Assembly (NCBI GenBank): GCA_913050095.1
Contig: CAJXAV010000003.1
Location: forward strand, 577-64,576
Length of the DNA stretch: 64,000 nt
From: an uncultured Gammaproteobacteria bacterium
GTDB lineage: Bacteria; Pseudomonadota; Gammaproteobacteria; Poriferisulfidales; GCA-002705445
Direction of reading: 5' to 3'
The notes under the pieces: model-generated
Seen by the model: the letters and a program-made list of their open reading frames with translations, nothing else
What the model was told of the DNA's origin: nothing
Databases searched by the model: none
In this document: piece after piece, positions 9,078-19,984 of the stretch
Layout of the letters: every line of letters begins with the position of its first letter
Numbering within the stretch: position 1 is the first letter of the stretch
Program-made: the position numbers and the translations under genes

Positions 9078-10615
9078 TTATTCCCATTCAATTGTTGCTG
9101 GAGGTTTAGAAGAAATATCTAAGCAGACGCGAGATATCTCAGGAACCTCATTTATTATTCTTGTGGAAACCTCTTCTAAAAAATTAAATGGGAACTCAAA
9201 GGGTTTTGCTGTCATAAAGTCAATTGTTTTTACAGCTCTTAATGAAACTACATTTCCATATGAACGCCCGTCTCCTGTAACGCCAACAGACTTTACGGGC
9301 ATGAAAACAGTAAAAGCTTGTGATATTTTGTCATATAAATCTTTTTCATGTAACAATTGAATAAAAATATTGTCGGCTTGTCTTAAAATATCTGCATAAT
9401 CTTGTCTTACTTCACCAAGTATTCTTACTGCTAAACCTGGCCCAGGAAAAGGGTGTCTATTAATTAATTTTTTATTAATACCTAGCTCAAGTCCGAGCTT
9501 CCTTACTTCATCCTTAAATAATTCTCTTAAAGGTTCAAGAATTTTCAACTCCATATTTTCCGGGAGACCTCCCACATTATGATGTGACTTAATGAGATGT
9601 GCTTTGTCAGAGGCTGCTGCAGACTCAATAACATCTGGATATATTGTACCTTGAGCTAACCACTTTGCATTTTTTATTTTCTTAGATTCTGTTTGAAAAA
9701 CATCTATAAATGTTTTTCCAATAATTTTTCTTTTTTCCTCAGGTTCGGTTATTCCCTCTAATCTTTCTAAAAAAACTTTCGACGCATCAACATATATAAT
9801 TTTAATATTTTTAAAGTCTTTAAATCCGTCTTGAACTTGTTCTTTTTCGTTCAATCTTAATAAGCCGTTATCAATAAAAATACAAGTTAAATTCTCTTTG
9901 ACTGCTTCATGTAAAATTGCTGCGGCTACAGAGGAATCTACACCGCCAGACAAACCTAATATTACATTATCACTTTTTACTGTATCTTTTATTTTTATAA
10001 TTTGACTATCTATAATATTTTTAGTTGTCCATAAACCTTTTGAGTCACAAATTCTATGAATAAAATTTGATATTATTTTTCCATCATCAAGAGTATGAGT
10101 AACTTCTGGATGAAACTGGATTCCATAAACTTCTTTGTCATTTAATTTTACTGCAGAGATACTTTCGCTATTTGTAGATGCTATTTCAGAAAAATTGTCT
10201 GGTAAAGACACAACGCTATCTCCATGCGACATCCATACTTCAAATGTTTCGCTCAACCCGTTGAAAATTTCTGTATTTTTTTTTACTTTTAATTTTGCTT
10301 TTCCGTATTCACTCGATGATGATTTTTTTATTTTTGAATTAAATTTCTTACAAATTAACTGCATTCCAAAACAAATACCTAGCACAGGTATATCTTTTAA
10401 GAACAATTGGTCTGGCAAATCATATTCATTATTTTGTGATACGGAATTTGGCCCCCCTGATAATATTATTCCTATAACGTTATTAAAATTTTCTAAATTT
10501 TGAATATTATCTGGCTGCAAAACCTCGCAAAAGGTTTTATTTTCTCTTACTCTTCTTGCAATTAGTTGGGTGTATTGAGATCCGTAATCAATTACTAATA
10601 TTCTTTCTTCTTGCA

Positions 10616-10616
<1 letters not shown>
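9078..10616 (-). CDS. guaA: GMP synthase (glutamine-hydrolysing)
   Basis: DYGSQYTQLIARRVRE, GICFGMQ, QFHPEV, SGGVDS, IKSHHNVGG, KPPATIEWE. Confidence 0.99.
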
Positions 10617-12157
<1,541 letters not shown>

Positions 12158-12167
12158 TTATAAGAGT

Positions 12168-13514
12168 ATGGAAAAAAATACGGATAAAATATATAGCGTA
12201 AGCGAAATTAATTATCATGTGAAAGAAATTATTGAGTATTCTTTTGATAATTACATTATGGTTGAAGGTGAGATATCTCAAATGAATGTGGCTCAAAGCG
12301 GTCATATATACATCACTCTTAAAGATAAAAACTCTACTGTGAGATGCACATTATGGAGTACAAGAGTATCAAAAATGCAAATTTATCCTGAAATTGGATT
12401 AAAGGCGATAGTTAAATGCAAGGTATCATTTTATGAAAAAAATGGCTCCTACCAGCTAGATTTAATAGGAATTAAATCTGCGAGCACTGGTGAATTTCAT
12501 GAAATTTTTGAAAAACTAAAATTAAAACTTAAAGACGAAGGCTTATTTGAAAGTAAATTTAAACAGGAATTACCAAAATACCCAAATTCCATTTCAATAA
12601 TAACATCACTCACAGGTTCGGTAATTCAAGATATATTAAAAATTATTGAGAGAAGACTCCCAAATGCTAATATAGATATTTATGCATGCTCTGTTCAAGG
12701 AAACAAATGCTCAAAAAGTATAATCAAACAGTTAATAACTATTAACAAAAAAAATATCGCCGACATTATTATCATCGCACGTGGTGGGGGTTCGCTTGAG
12801 GACTTAATTGAATACAATGATGAATTCCTTGCAAGGCAAATATATAACTCAAGAATTCCTATAGTTACTGCAATTGGGCACGAAACAGATACGACTATTG
12901 CAGATTTGGTTTCAGATGTTAGAGCGGCAACTCCTTCCGAGGCTGCAGAAATTATTTCCAAGATATCTATTCAAGATATGTTAATTTTTCTTAAGGAGCA
13001 GACAAGAATTTCAGAAAATAATCTAAACAATATTTTAAAAAATTATAAATACTCTTTATCAAATAGTAAGAATACTATTGAAAATTGCAATCCAGAAAAT
13101 AAATTAAATAATTTTTCTCAAACAATAGATACGTATACAGAGGCCTTAAAATCAAAAATTTTATCAAACCTAATAAAAAATAAAGAAATTATAAATTCAA
13201 AAAATAATAGTATTACATTATTAAACCCAAAAAATAAAATTACTGAGCTTGAGTCTAAAATCTTGAGACAAAAAGAAAGTATTAATAATAGTTTAGATAA
13301 AATACTAAATTGTTATAAAAATAGTTTAGTAATAAAAAATAATACAATAAATAATATTAATCCACTTTCAATTTTGAACAAAGGTTATTCGATAGTGTAT
13401 AAAGATAATAAAGTTGTCAATAGCGCTTCAAGTTTTAATATCAATGATGATATAAAAATTAAAGTTATTGATGGTGATATATTTTCTAAAATTACTAGGA
13501 TAAAGAAAAATTAG
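12168..13514 (+). CDS. xseA: Exodeoxyribonuclease VII large subunit
   Basis: VEGEIS, SGHIYITLKD, IIARGGGSLEDL, AIGHETD, TPSEAAE, PLSILNKGYS; divergent from guaB as usual; ATG at 12168 preferred to the track's TTG at 12150. Confidence 0.96.
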   Translation: MEKNTDKIYSVSEINYHVKEIIEYSFDNYIMVEGEISQMNVAQSGHIYITLKDKNSTVRCTLWSTRVSKMQIYPEIGLKAIVKCKVSFYEKNGSYQLDLIGIKSASTGEFHEIFEKLKLKLKDEGLFESKFKQELPKYPNSISIITSLTGSVIQDILKIIERRLPNANIDIYACSVQGNKCSKSIIKQLITINKKNIADIIIIARGGGSLEDLIEYNDEFLARQIYNSRIPIVTAIGHETDTTIADLVSDVRAATPSEAAEIISKISIQDMLIFLKEQTRISENNLNNILKNYKYSLSNSKNTIENCNPENKLNNFSQTIDTYTEALKSKILSNLIKNKEIINSKNNSITLLNPKNKITELESKILRQKESINNSLDKILNCYKNSLVIKNNTINNINPLSILNKGYSIVYKDNKVVNSASSFNINDDIKIKVIDGDIFSKITRIKKN

Positions 13515-13720
13515 TCTTCGCTTTTCCAGGCCCAAGGTGTTTCTTTACAAATCGCAAAATAAATATATACATTTATTAGCATAATTATCAATAATGCTAA
13601 TCCCGCTCCTATAGACCAAAGAATGTCGTGCGGATTGTTCTGAAAACCAAATTGATTCATTCCCCAAAAGCATATTGATGTAAATATAATCATTACTAAT
13701 GCTGCTATGTATTCTCTCAC
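13511..13720 (-). CDS. Small two-helix membrane protein of unknown function
   Basis: 69 aa with two hydrophobic segments; GTG start with GGGGA RBS; co-oriented directly behind the reductase. Confidence 0.7.
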   Translation of the reverse strand: MREYIAALVMIIFTSICFWGMNQFGFQNNPHDILWSIGAGLALLIIMLINVYIYFAICKETPWAWKSED

Positions 13721-13773
13721 TTCGTTTCCCCCAATTAAGAAATAATATTGTTTGTAAAGTCTATCAGCTTTTT

Positions 13774-14841
13774 TTATTTTGATCCAGAATCTAGGAACTT
13801 ATCAAAGAATATTTCTTCGTTAGGCATACCTTCTGCTGTAAATTCTTTTATAGCTGCATCAATCATAGGCGGTGGACCACATAGAAATCCTTGGCAGTCT
13901 TTCATGTTTAATTTATCTTTTTCTATATAATCTGATTTTAGAAAATCAGTTACCATGCCTCTTGCGCCTTCCCAGTTAGAATCTTCTGGCTCCATATTTA
14001 AAACATACACGTATTCAAATTTAAAATTTGGATTCCATTTCTTTTGAATTTCTTTAAGATCCTCTTCACTGTATATATCTTCTTGTGTTCTTGCTCCAAA
14101 TAAAAATACTGCGTCTCTTTCTACTTGATCAATTGCTGCCTGCTCTAATACTGCTTTTACAGCACTCATGCCACTACCACCAGCGATACATACCATTGTT
14201 CCCTTACCGTCTCGATAATAAAAAGAACCAAATGGAGTGTTGACCTCTAATTTCTGTCCAGTGGGATCCTTTGCAAACAACCATCTACTAAATCTTCCTT
14301 TTGGAACATTTCTTACAAAAAATGATAGCTCGTTCGGATTTTCGTTTTGTGGAGCTTTAGCAAAAGAATAAGATCTTGATGACCCTACTTGTTTAACCAT
14401 AAGTTCTGAATATTGACCTGCAGCTCCATTATGTTCTAAATTATCGATCCCGATAGTTAGCTCCATAATATCATGTGTTAATGGAGTAACTTTCTTCACA
14501 ATGCCTTGATATGATTTTGTAGCACTCGCTTTTGCATCACCATCAATTGATACATCTATACTGACTGGTGTTTTAGCTCTAGATTGACATGCTAAAATCA
14601 TTCCATCTTTTAATTGCTCTCCATCTAAAACATAACTAAAGTCTGCTGTCGCAGTGATCTTTCCATCTGTTAGTTTACATGCACATGATCCGCAACTACC
14701 AACTCTGCAGTCATGAGGAAAAGCGACGCCAGCCTTTAAAGCTGCATCTAAAATATTTTGATCAGGCTCAACTTCAAATTTATATTGATCAGAATTTAAG
14801 CTGACTTCCTGAGGGCCTTTCTTTTTACCTAATCCAAACAT
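13774..14841 (-). CDS. 2Fe-2S/FAD/NAD(P)H oxidoreductase, XylA/CymAb-like monooxygenase electron-transfer subunit
   Basis: Plant-type ferredoxin motif C-x4-C-x2-C (AFPHDCRVGSCGSC) and LACQ; FAD motif RSYS; GRFSRWLF; NAD motif IAGGSG; CGPPPM. Confidence 0.9.
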   Translation of the reverse strand: MFGLGKKKGPQEVSLNSDQYKFEVEPDQNILDAALKAGVAFPHDCRVGSCGSCACKLTDGKITATADFSYVLDGEQLKDGMILACQSRAKTPVSIDVSIDGDAKASATKSYQGIVKKVTPLTHDIMELTIGIDNLEHNGAAGQYSELMVKQVGSSRSYSFAKAPQNENPNELSFFVRNVPKGRFSRWLFAKDPTGQKLEVNTPFGSFYYRDGKGTMVCIAGGSGMSAVKAVLEQAAIDQVERDAVFLFGARTQEDIYSEEDLKEIQKKWNPNFKFEYVYVLNMEPEDSNWEGARGMVTDFLKSDYIEKDKLNMKDCQGFLCGPPPMIDAAIKEFTAEGMPNEEIFFDKFLDSGSK

Positions 14842-14918
14842 AAAATATAGTAATTCCTTGTGTCTAAAACACTAACTTAGTTAATTAAAATTATATTTTC
14901 TAGTACGCAAAACCTATA

Positions 14919-15593
14919 CTACACTACATTAATCCCTACATTTCTAAGTGTACCAGATTCAACGTCTTCTTTTGTTGGAAGACAAGTATATGGAACAATA
15001 TCTTCTTTACTAGTAGAAGGATGTTCTTTGACAGCCGCACACCATTCGCTAACTTTTGCTCTTGAAGATATAACATCATTGCCAGAAATTTCTAGGGCAT
15101 TAACACATGCCATCCAATGTATATCCGCTAAAGAAAACTCACCGCATATATACACACCTTTTTTTAATTTTGGATCTGGTGGATTTGATAAAATATTCTC
15201 CAATATATCAAAAGCTTTATTAACTATATCCATATTTCCACCTGAACCAGTTAACATTCCATAAGCTTCCATTTGGACATAATCAGTTGCTATATGAGCA
15301 TATTGATACATTATTGCTCTAATAACTCCATTTCTTGGAACCAAAGAAGGGCCGAATCCTTTATCATCAAGATAAGATATTATTGCATTAGGACCATAAA
15401 CTATGTTGTCAAGATCTTTTAGAACTGGAGCACTATGTAATGGAGAAATATCTGCAGCTTCTTCCCCGCTATTTATTTTGTGTGCTTCTATATCAACGCC
15501 CTTTTCGGCAGCTGTTTGTAACGCCTTTGCTGTATTTATACAACTTGGGTTACCATATAATTGCATCGCCGATGCTAACTTATCACCGATCAT
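14919..15593 (-). CDS. Glutathione S-transferase family protein
   Basis: Thioredoxin-like N-terminus (QLYG...ISPLHSAPVL...AIISYLD) and C-domain N-cap motif YICGEFSLADI; AGGAGG RBS. Confidence 0.85.
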   Translation of the reverse strand: MIGDKLASAMQLYGNPSCINTAKALQTAAEKGVDIEAHKINSGEEAADISPLHSAPVLKDLDNIVYGPNAIISYLDDKGFGPSLVPRNGVIRAIMYQYAHIATDYVQMEAYGMLTGSGGNMDIVNKAFDILENILSNPPDPKLKKGVYICGEFSLADIHWMACVNALEISGNDVISSRAKVSEWCAAVKEHPSTSKEDIVPYTCLPTKEDVESGTLRNVGINVV

Positions 15594-15629
15594 ATTTCCT
15601 CCTAAGGAATATTTTTATAAAATTCTATT

Positions 15630-15806
15630 CTATTCTATCTTTAACGCGCCTGATGGACATTCAGAAACAACATCTGTTATTTTATCTTCTGATGCTGCTG
15701 AAGTGTCTACAACAAACTTCCCATCTTCTACTTTAAAGACCTCTGGTGCACCTTGTACACATTTTCCAGCGTGAATACATACGCTTTCGTCCCATGATAC
15801 TTTCAT
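15630..15806 (-). CDS. Divergent mono-cluster (3Fe-4S/4Fe-4S) ferredoxin, YjdI-like
   Basis: CIHAGKCV...PEVF...CPSGAL motif; start moved to ATG 15806, which has an AGGAG RBS (58 aa). Confidence 0.85.
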   Translation of the reverse strand: MKVSWDESVCIHAGKCVQGAPEVFKVEDGKFVVDTSAASEDKITDVVSECPSGALKIE

Positions 15807-15840
15807 ACCAATTCTCCTATATTTATAAACTTCAGGTCCT

Positions 15841-15868
15841 ATTTTACCCAAAAAAGTTATTACTGCAA
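15841..15868 (-). promoter_or_regulatory. Putative sigma70 promoter for the ferredoxin-GST unit
   Basis: Minus strand TTGCAG-N16-TAAAAT, about 35 nt upstream of the ferredoxin ATG. Confidence 0.4.
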
Positions 15869-15904
15869 AGCCTTATATATATAAAGTAATATGAATTTTT
15901 TTAT

Positions 15905-16282
15905 TTATTTTGTATTTTTAAAGGTCAAACTTAAAGAATTTATGCAATAACGTTTGTATGTTGGTTTTGGGCCATCATCAAAGACATGTCCAAGATGACA
16001 ATTACATTTTGAACACTGGACTTCTACTCTAATCATGCCGTGTGAAGTGTCTTCTATATGTGAAATTCTTTCGTTTGATATTAATGAACTAAAACTTGGC
16101 CAACCTGATCCAGAGTCATATTTGTCTTTTGAGGAAAATAAAGGAGTATTGCAACATTTACAATGGTATTCTCCATCCTGATAAAAGTTGTTAAGATCAC
16201 CAGAAAATGCTGGTTCTGTTCCCTTATCTCTGCAAACGTAAAATTCTTCTTTTGTTAGTAATTTTTTCCAGTCTTTTTGCAT
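15905..16282 (-). CDS. msrB: Peptide methionine (R)-sulfoxide reductase
   Basis: GTEPAF, SGSGWPSF, HLGHVFDDGP, RYCINS and two CxxC zinc pairs. Confidence 0.97.
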   Translation of the reverse strand: MQKDWKKLLTKEEFYVCRDKGTEPAFSGDLNNFYQDGEYHCKCCNTPLFSSKDKYDSGSGWPSFSSLISNERISHIEDTSHGMIRVEVQCSKCNCHLGHVFDDGPKPTYKRYCINSLSLTFKNTK

Positions 16283-16299
16283 ATAAAACTAAATTAATT

Positions 16300-18375
16300 T
16301 TAATCTAAGCCTTTCATTGTTAACTTAATTCTACCTTGCTTGTCAATTTCAAGAACTTTTACTTTAACAATTTCACCCTCTTTTACTTTATCGGTAACAT
16401 TCTCTACTCTTTCTTCGCAGATTTGAGAAATATGGACTAAACCATCTTTTCCAGGTAATACTGTAACAAAAGCTCCAAAGTCCATAATTTTTGCAACCTT
16501 ACCTTCATAGATCTTGTTAACCTCAACATCTGCAGTTAACTGCTCTATTTTTGTTTTTGCTAATTCAACAGCTTGTTTATCAACAGCAGAAACCTTAACT
16601 AAACCACTATCGTCAATATCTATAATTGCACCAGTCTCTTCAGTTAACGATCTTATAGTCGCCCCTCCTTTTCCTATAACATCTCTCACTTTATCTGCTT
16701 TAACTTGAATAGTCACAAATCTTGGAGCGTTTTCTGAAACTTCGTCTCTTGAAGATTTAATAACTTTAGCCATTTCACCCAAAATATGAATTCTTCCTTC
16801 TTTTGCTTGTTCTAAAGCAACCTTCATAATTTCTTCTGTAATACCATTAATTTTTATATCCATTTGTAAAGCCGTTACGCCATCATTTGTTCCTGCAACT
16901 TTAAAATCCATATCTCCCAGATGATCTTCATCCCCTAAAATATCTGATAAAACAACATATTCACTTCCTTCTTTTATTAAACCCATTGCTATACCCGCAA
17001 CTGGAGATGATATTGGTACGCCTGCATCCATTAAAGATAAACTAGAACCACAAACACTAGCCATTGAGCTTGATCCATTAGATTCTGTAATTTCTGAGAC
17101 AACTCTTATAACATATGGAAAATCTTCAACGGTTGGTAATACTGGCACTATTGCTCTTTTTGCTAATTTACCATGGCCAATTTCTCTTCTTTTAGGAGAC
17201 CCAACGAAACCTGTTTCTCCAACTGAATATGGAGGAAAATTATAGTGCAACATAAATTTATCTTCATATTTTCCGTCTATCGCATCAATAATTTGGCCGT
17301 CTCTATCTGTACCTAAGGTTGAAACTACAATTGCCTGCGTTTCTCCTCTTGTGAATAAAGCGCTTCCATGAGTTTTTGGCAATATACCAACTTCAATTGT
17401 TATATCTCTTATAGTTTTATTATCTCTACCGTCGATTCTTGGCTTTCCTGAAATTATATTTTTTCTTACTATATCTTTTTGTAGGTCATGAATAGAATCT
17501 TCTATACAATCTTTTTTACATACTTCGCCACTATTAAATTTTTCAACAGCTTCGTTTCTTATTTCATCTATTTTTATATTTCTTTCAGATTTATCTGATA
17601 TTAAATAAGCCTGAGTGACGCTATCTTTAAAATTATCGTAAACTTCTTTCTCTAAACTCTCATTTTCATTTTCCGGTTTTACCCAGCCATAATTTTTAAC
17701 TCCAAATTCTTCTGCAAAACTATTAATTTCACTTATTAAACTTTGCATTTCATTATGACCAAATGAAACCGCCCCAAGCATTACATCTTCAGTTAACATT
17801 TTAGCTTCTGATTCAACCATAAGAACCCCATCTTTAGTACCAGCTACCATTAGGTCTAGTTCAGATGTTTCTAATTCAGTTTTACTGGGATTTAATATGT
17901 ATGAACCATTATTATATCCAACACGTGCAGCACCTAATGGGCCTTGAAATGGGACTCCCGATATTTTTAATGCTGCTGAAGCACCTATTAGAGATGCAAT
18001 ATCTGCATCAACCTCACAATTCAAACTCATTACTGTGCAAATTACTTGAACTTCATGTGTAAATTCTTTAGGAAATAAAGGTCTTATAGGTCTATCGATT
18101 AGTCTTGAGGTTAGCGTTTCTTTTTCAGCAGGTCTTCCTTCTCTTTTAAAAAAACCTCCTGGGATTTTTCCTGCAGCATATGCTTTTTCTTGATAATTTA
18201 CTGTAAGTGGGAAAAAATCTCTTGATTGACCATCATCTTTTGCAACTACTGTTGTTAGTACTGTGGTTCCTTCCATGTTAACTAGAACAGCACTATTTGA
18301 CTGTCTTGCAATTTGGCCTGTTTCTAAAATTATTTCATGATTTCCATAGTGGAACTTTTTTTTTAAAGGTTTCAT
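16300..18375 (-). CDS. pnp: Polyribonucleotide nucleotidyltransferase
   Basis: [43 protein letters not shown] and S1 domains. Confidence 0.99.
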   Translation of the reverse strand: MKPLKKKFHYGNHEIILETGQIARQSNSAVLVNMEGTTVLTTVVAKDDGQSRDFFPLTVNYQEKAYAAGKIPGGFFKREGRPAEKETLTSRLIDRPIRPLFPKEFTHEVQVICTVMSLNCEVDADIASLIGASAALKISGVPFQGPLGAARVGYNNGSYILNPSKTELETSELDLMVAGTKDGVLMVESEAKMLTEDVMLGAVSFGHNEMQSLISEINSFAEEFGVKNYGWVKPENENESLEKEVYDNFKDSVTQAYLISDKSERNIKIDEIRNEAVEKFNSGEVCKKDCIEDSIHDLQKDIVRKNIISGKPRIDGRDNKTIRDITIEVGILPKTHGSALFTRGETQAIVVSTLGTDRDGQIIDAIDGKYEDKFMLHYNFPPYSVGETGFVGSPKRREIGHGKLAKRAIVPVLPTVEDFPYVIRVVSEITESNGSSSMASVCGSSLSLMDAGVPISSPVAGIAMGLIKEGSEYVVLSDILGDEDHLGDMDFKVAGTNDGVTALQMDIKINGITEEIMKVALEQAKEGRIHILGEMAKVIKSSRDEVSENAPRFVTIQVKADKVRDVIGKGGATIRSLTEETGAIIDIDDSGLVKVSAVDKQAVELAKTKIEQLTADVEVNKIYEGKVAKIMDFGAFVTVLPGKDGLVHISQICEERVENVTDKVKEGEIVKVKVLEIDKQGRIKLTMKGLD

Positions 18376-18389
18376 TTTCTTCTCTTGGG

Positions 18390-18659
18390 TTATCTTCTTA
18401 AGCCTAAAGATGAGACTATTGTTTGATATCTATCAATATTCTTTTTCTTTAAGTAATCAAGGAGCTTTCTTCTAGTATTCACCATTTTTAATAATCCGTG
18501 ACGCGAATGATGGTCTTTTTTATGAACGCTAAAATGCTCTGTAAGAAATTCAATCCTTTTTGATAATAACGCTATTTGTATTTCCGGAGACCCTGTATCT
18601 GACTCTCCTTGTTGGTATTGCCCTATAACTTTACTTTTTTCTTCTGTTGATAATGCCAT
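18390..18659 (-). CDS. rpsO: 30S ribosomal protein S15
   Basis: [32 protein letters not shown]; start at ATG 18659 gives 89 aa. Confidence 0.99.
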   Translation of the reverse strand: MALSTEEKSKVIGQYQQGESDTGSPEIQIALLSKRIEFLTEHFSVHKKDHHSRHGLLKMVNTRRKLLDYLKKKNIDRYQTIVSSLGLRR

Positions 18660-18684
18660 AATTCTCACTTATTCTTTAATTTAA

Positions 18685-18718
18685 GGGCGCATTCTATCAT
18701 GTTCTTTTGATGATACAA
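18685..18718 (-). promoter_or_regulatory. sigma70 promoter of rpsO with extended -10 and GC-rich discriminator
   Basis: Minus strand TTGTAT-N16-TAGAAT with TGn before the -10, followed by GCGCCC, conspicuous in an AT-rich spacer and typical of stringently controlled promoters. Confidence 0.65.
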
Positions 18719-18730
18719 ACATTAAGTTAT

Positions 18731-19618
18731 TTATACTAATATTTTCTTAGGTAATAGCTCAAAATTATCACTTATTTTACCAATTCCTAAAAAACTCTTA
18801 TCTGCATCATATATCTTAATAATTTCACATGGCTGATGATTAACTTTTAATTTATTGCCATTTTGGATCTTAAATTTATCTTCATTTGAAACAATGTATG
18901 ATTTTACATCATTAAAAAGTTTATCAACATTAACTATATAGTTATCTTTTAATTCATTAATAGTTTTTGAAAGAAATTCATCCAGACTTATTGAGTCTGA
19001 TAATGAAATATTATTTATTTTTGTTCTTACGAGCTTGCTGAGCAAAGCCCCTGAACCTATATCTTCTCCTAACTGTTCTGCTAAGGTTCTTATATAAGTT
19101 CCTTTTGAACAACAAACACTCATAGCTATGTGATTAGCATTTATTAGATCTAATTTTATATCATGTATAACAACTTCTCTTGATTGTCTTTCAATGGTAA
19201 TTCCATCTCTAGCATATTTATATAAAGGTATACCATTGTGTTTCAATGCAGAGAACATTGGCGGAACTTGTTTAATTCTTCCTTTAAATTTTTCTTCTAA
19301 AAAATTTAAATCAGATTCTTTTAAATTTAAGATATCGTTACTTTGATTAACTATATCTCCATCTAAATCCCCAGTAGTTGATATTTGACCTAATCTTATA
19401 GTTGCGTCATAACATTTATCGGAATTTAAAAAATAAGAACATAGTTTTGTTGCTTTATTAAAAAAAATTATTAAAATTCCACTTGCTAGCGGATCAAGCG
19501 TTCCTGAAAAGCCTGCTTTTTTTATATTCAATTTTTTTTTTACTTTTTTAAGAGCTTCATTAGAAGTCAATCCTGAAGGCTTATTTAAAATAAGGCAGCT
19601 TTGTTTAAAATTAGACAT
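18731..19618 (-). CDS. truB: tRNA pseudouridine(55) synthase
   Basis: NKPSGLTS, GTLDPLASG, QVPPMFSALK, CSKGTYIRTL; position in the rbfA-truB-rpsO order. Confidence 0.97.
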   Translation of the reverse strand: MSNFKQSCLILNKPSGLTSNEALKKVKKKLNIKKAGFSGTLDPLASGILIIFFNKATKLCSYFLNSDKCYDATIRLGQISTTGDLDGDIVNQSNDILNLKESDLNFLEEKFKGRIKQVPPMFSALKHNGIPLYKYARDGITIERQSREVVIHDIKLDLINANHIAMSVCCSKGTYIRTLAEQLGEDIGSGALLSKLVRTKINNISLSDSISLDEFLSKTINELKDNYIVNVDKLFNDVKSYIVSNEDKFKIQNGNKLKVNHQPCEIIKIYDADKSFLGIGKISDNFELLPKKILV

Positions 19619-19984
19619 TTAATATAAGTTTTTATTAATTAGCTCTTCTAGCTCAAACGCTTTTGATTCGGTATCATCAAAAATGAACCTTAAATTTGGT
19701 ACAGATCTTAAATTTGAATTTTTTGATAATTTTTTTTTAAAAAATAATTTAGAAGAATTTATTGTTTTTGTTATCAATTTAACTTCTTCTGGTTTTTTAT
19801 TTTTATGGTTAAAAATTATAAAAAATACTTTCGCATGTTTTAAATCTTTTGATATATCAACTTCTGTTATAACAACATCTTTAATTCTAGAATCATTAAT
19901 ATCATTTTGAATAATCTGCGCTATCTCTTTTTTTAATACTGAGCCAATTCTATGGACTCGTTGATTATCAGAATCATATTTCAT
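19619..19984 (-). CDS. rbfA: Ribosome-binding factor A
   Basis: ITEVDISKDLKHAKVF, LRSVPNLRFIFD; follows infB. Confidence 0.93.
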   Translation of the reverse strand: MKYDSDNQRVHRIGSVLKKEIAQIIQNDINDSRIKDVVITEVDISKDLKHAKVFFIIFNHKNKKPEEVKLITKTINSSKLFFKKKLSKNSNLRSVPNLRFIFDDTESKAFELEELINKNLY

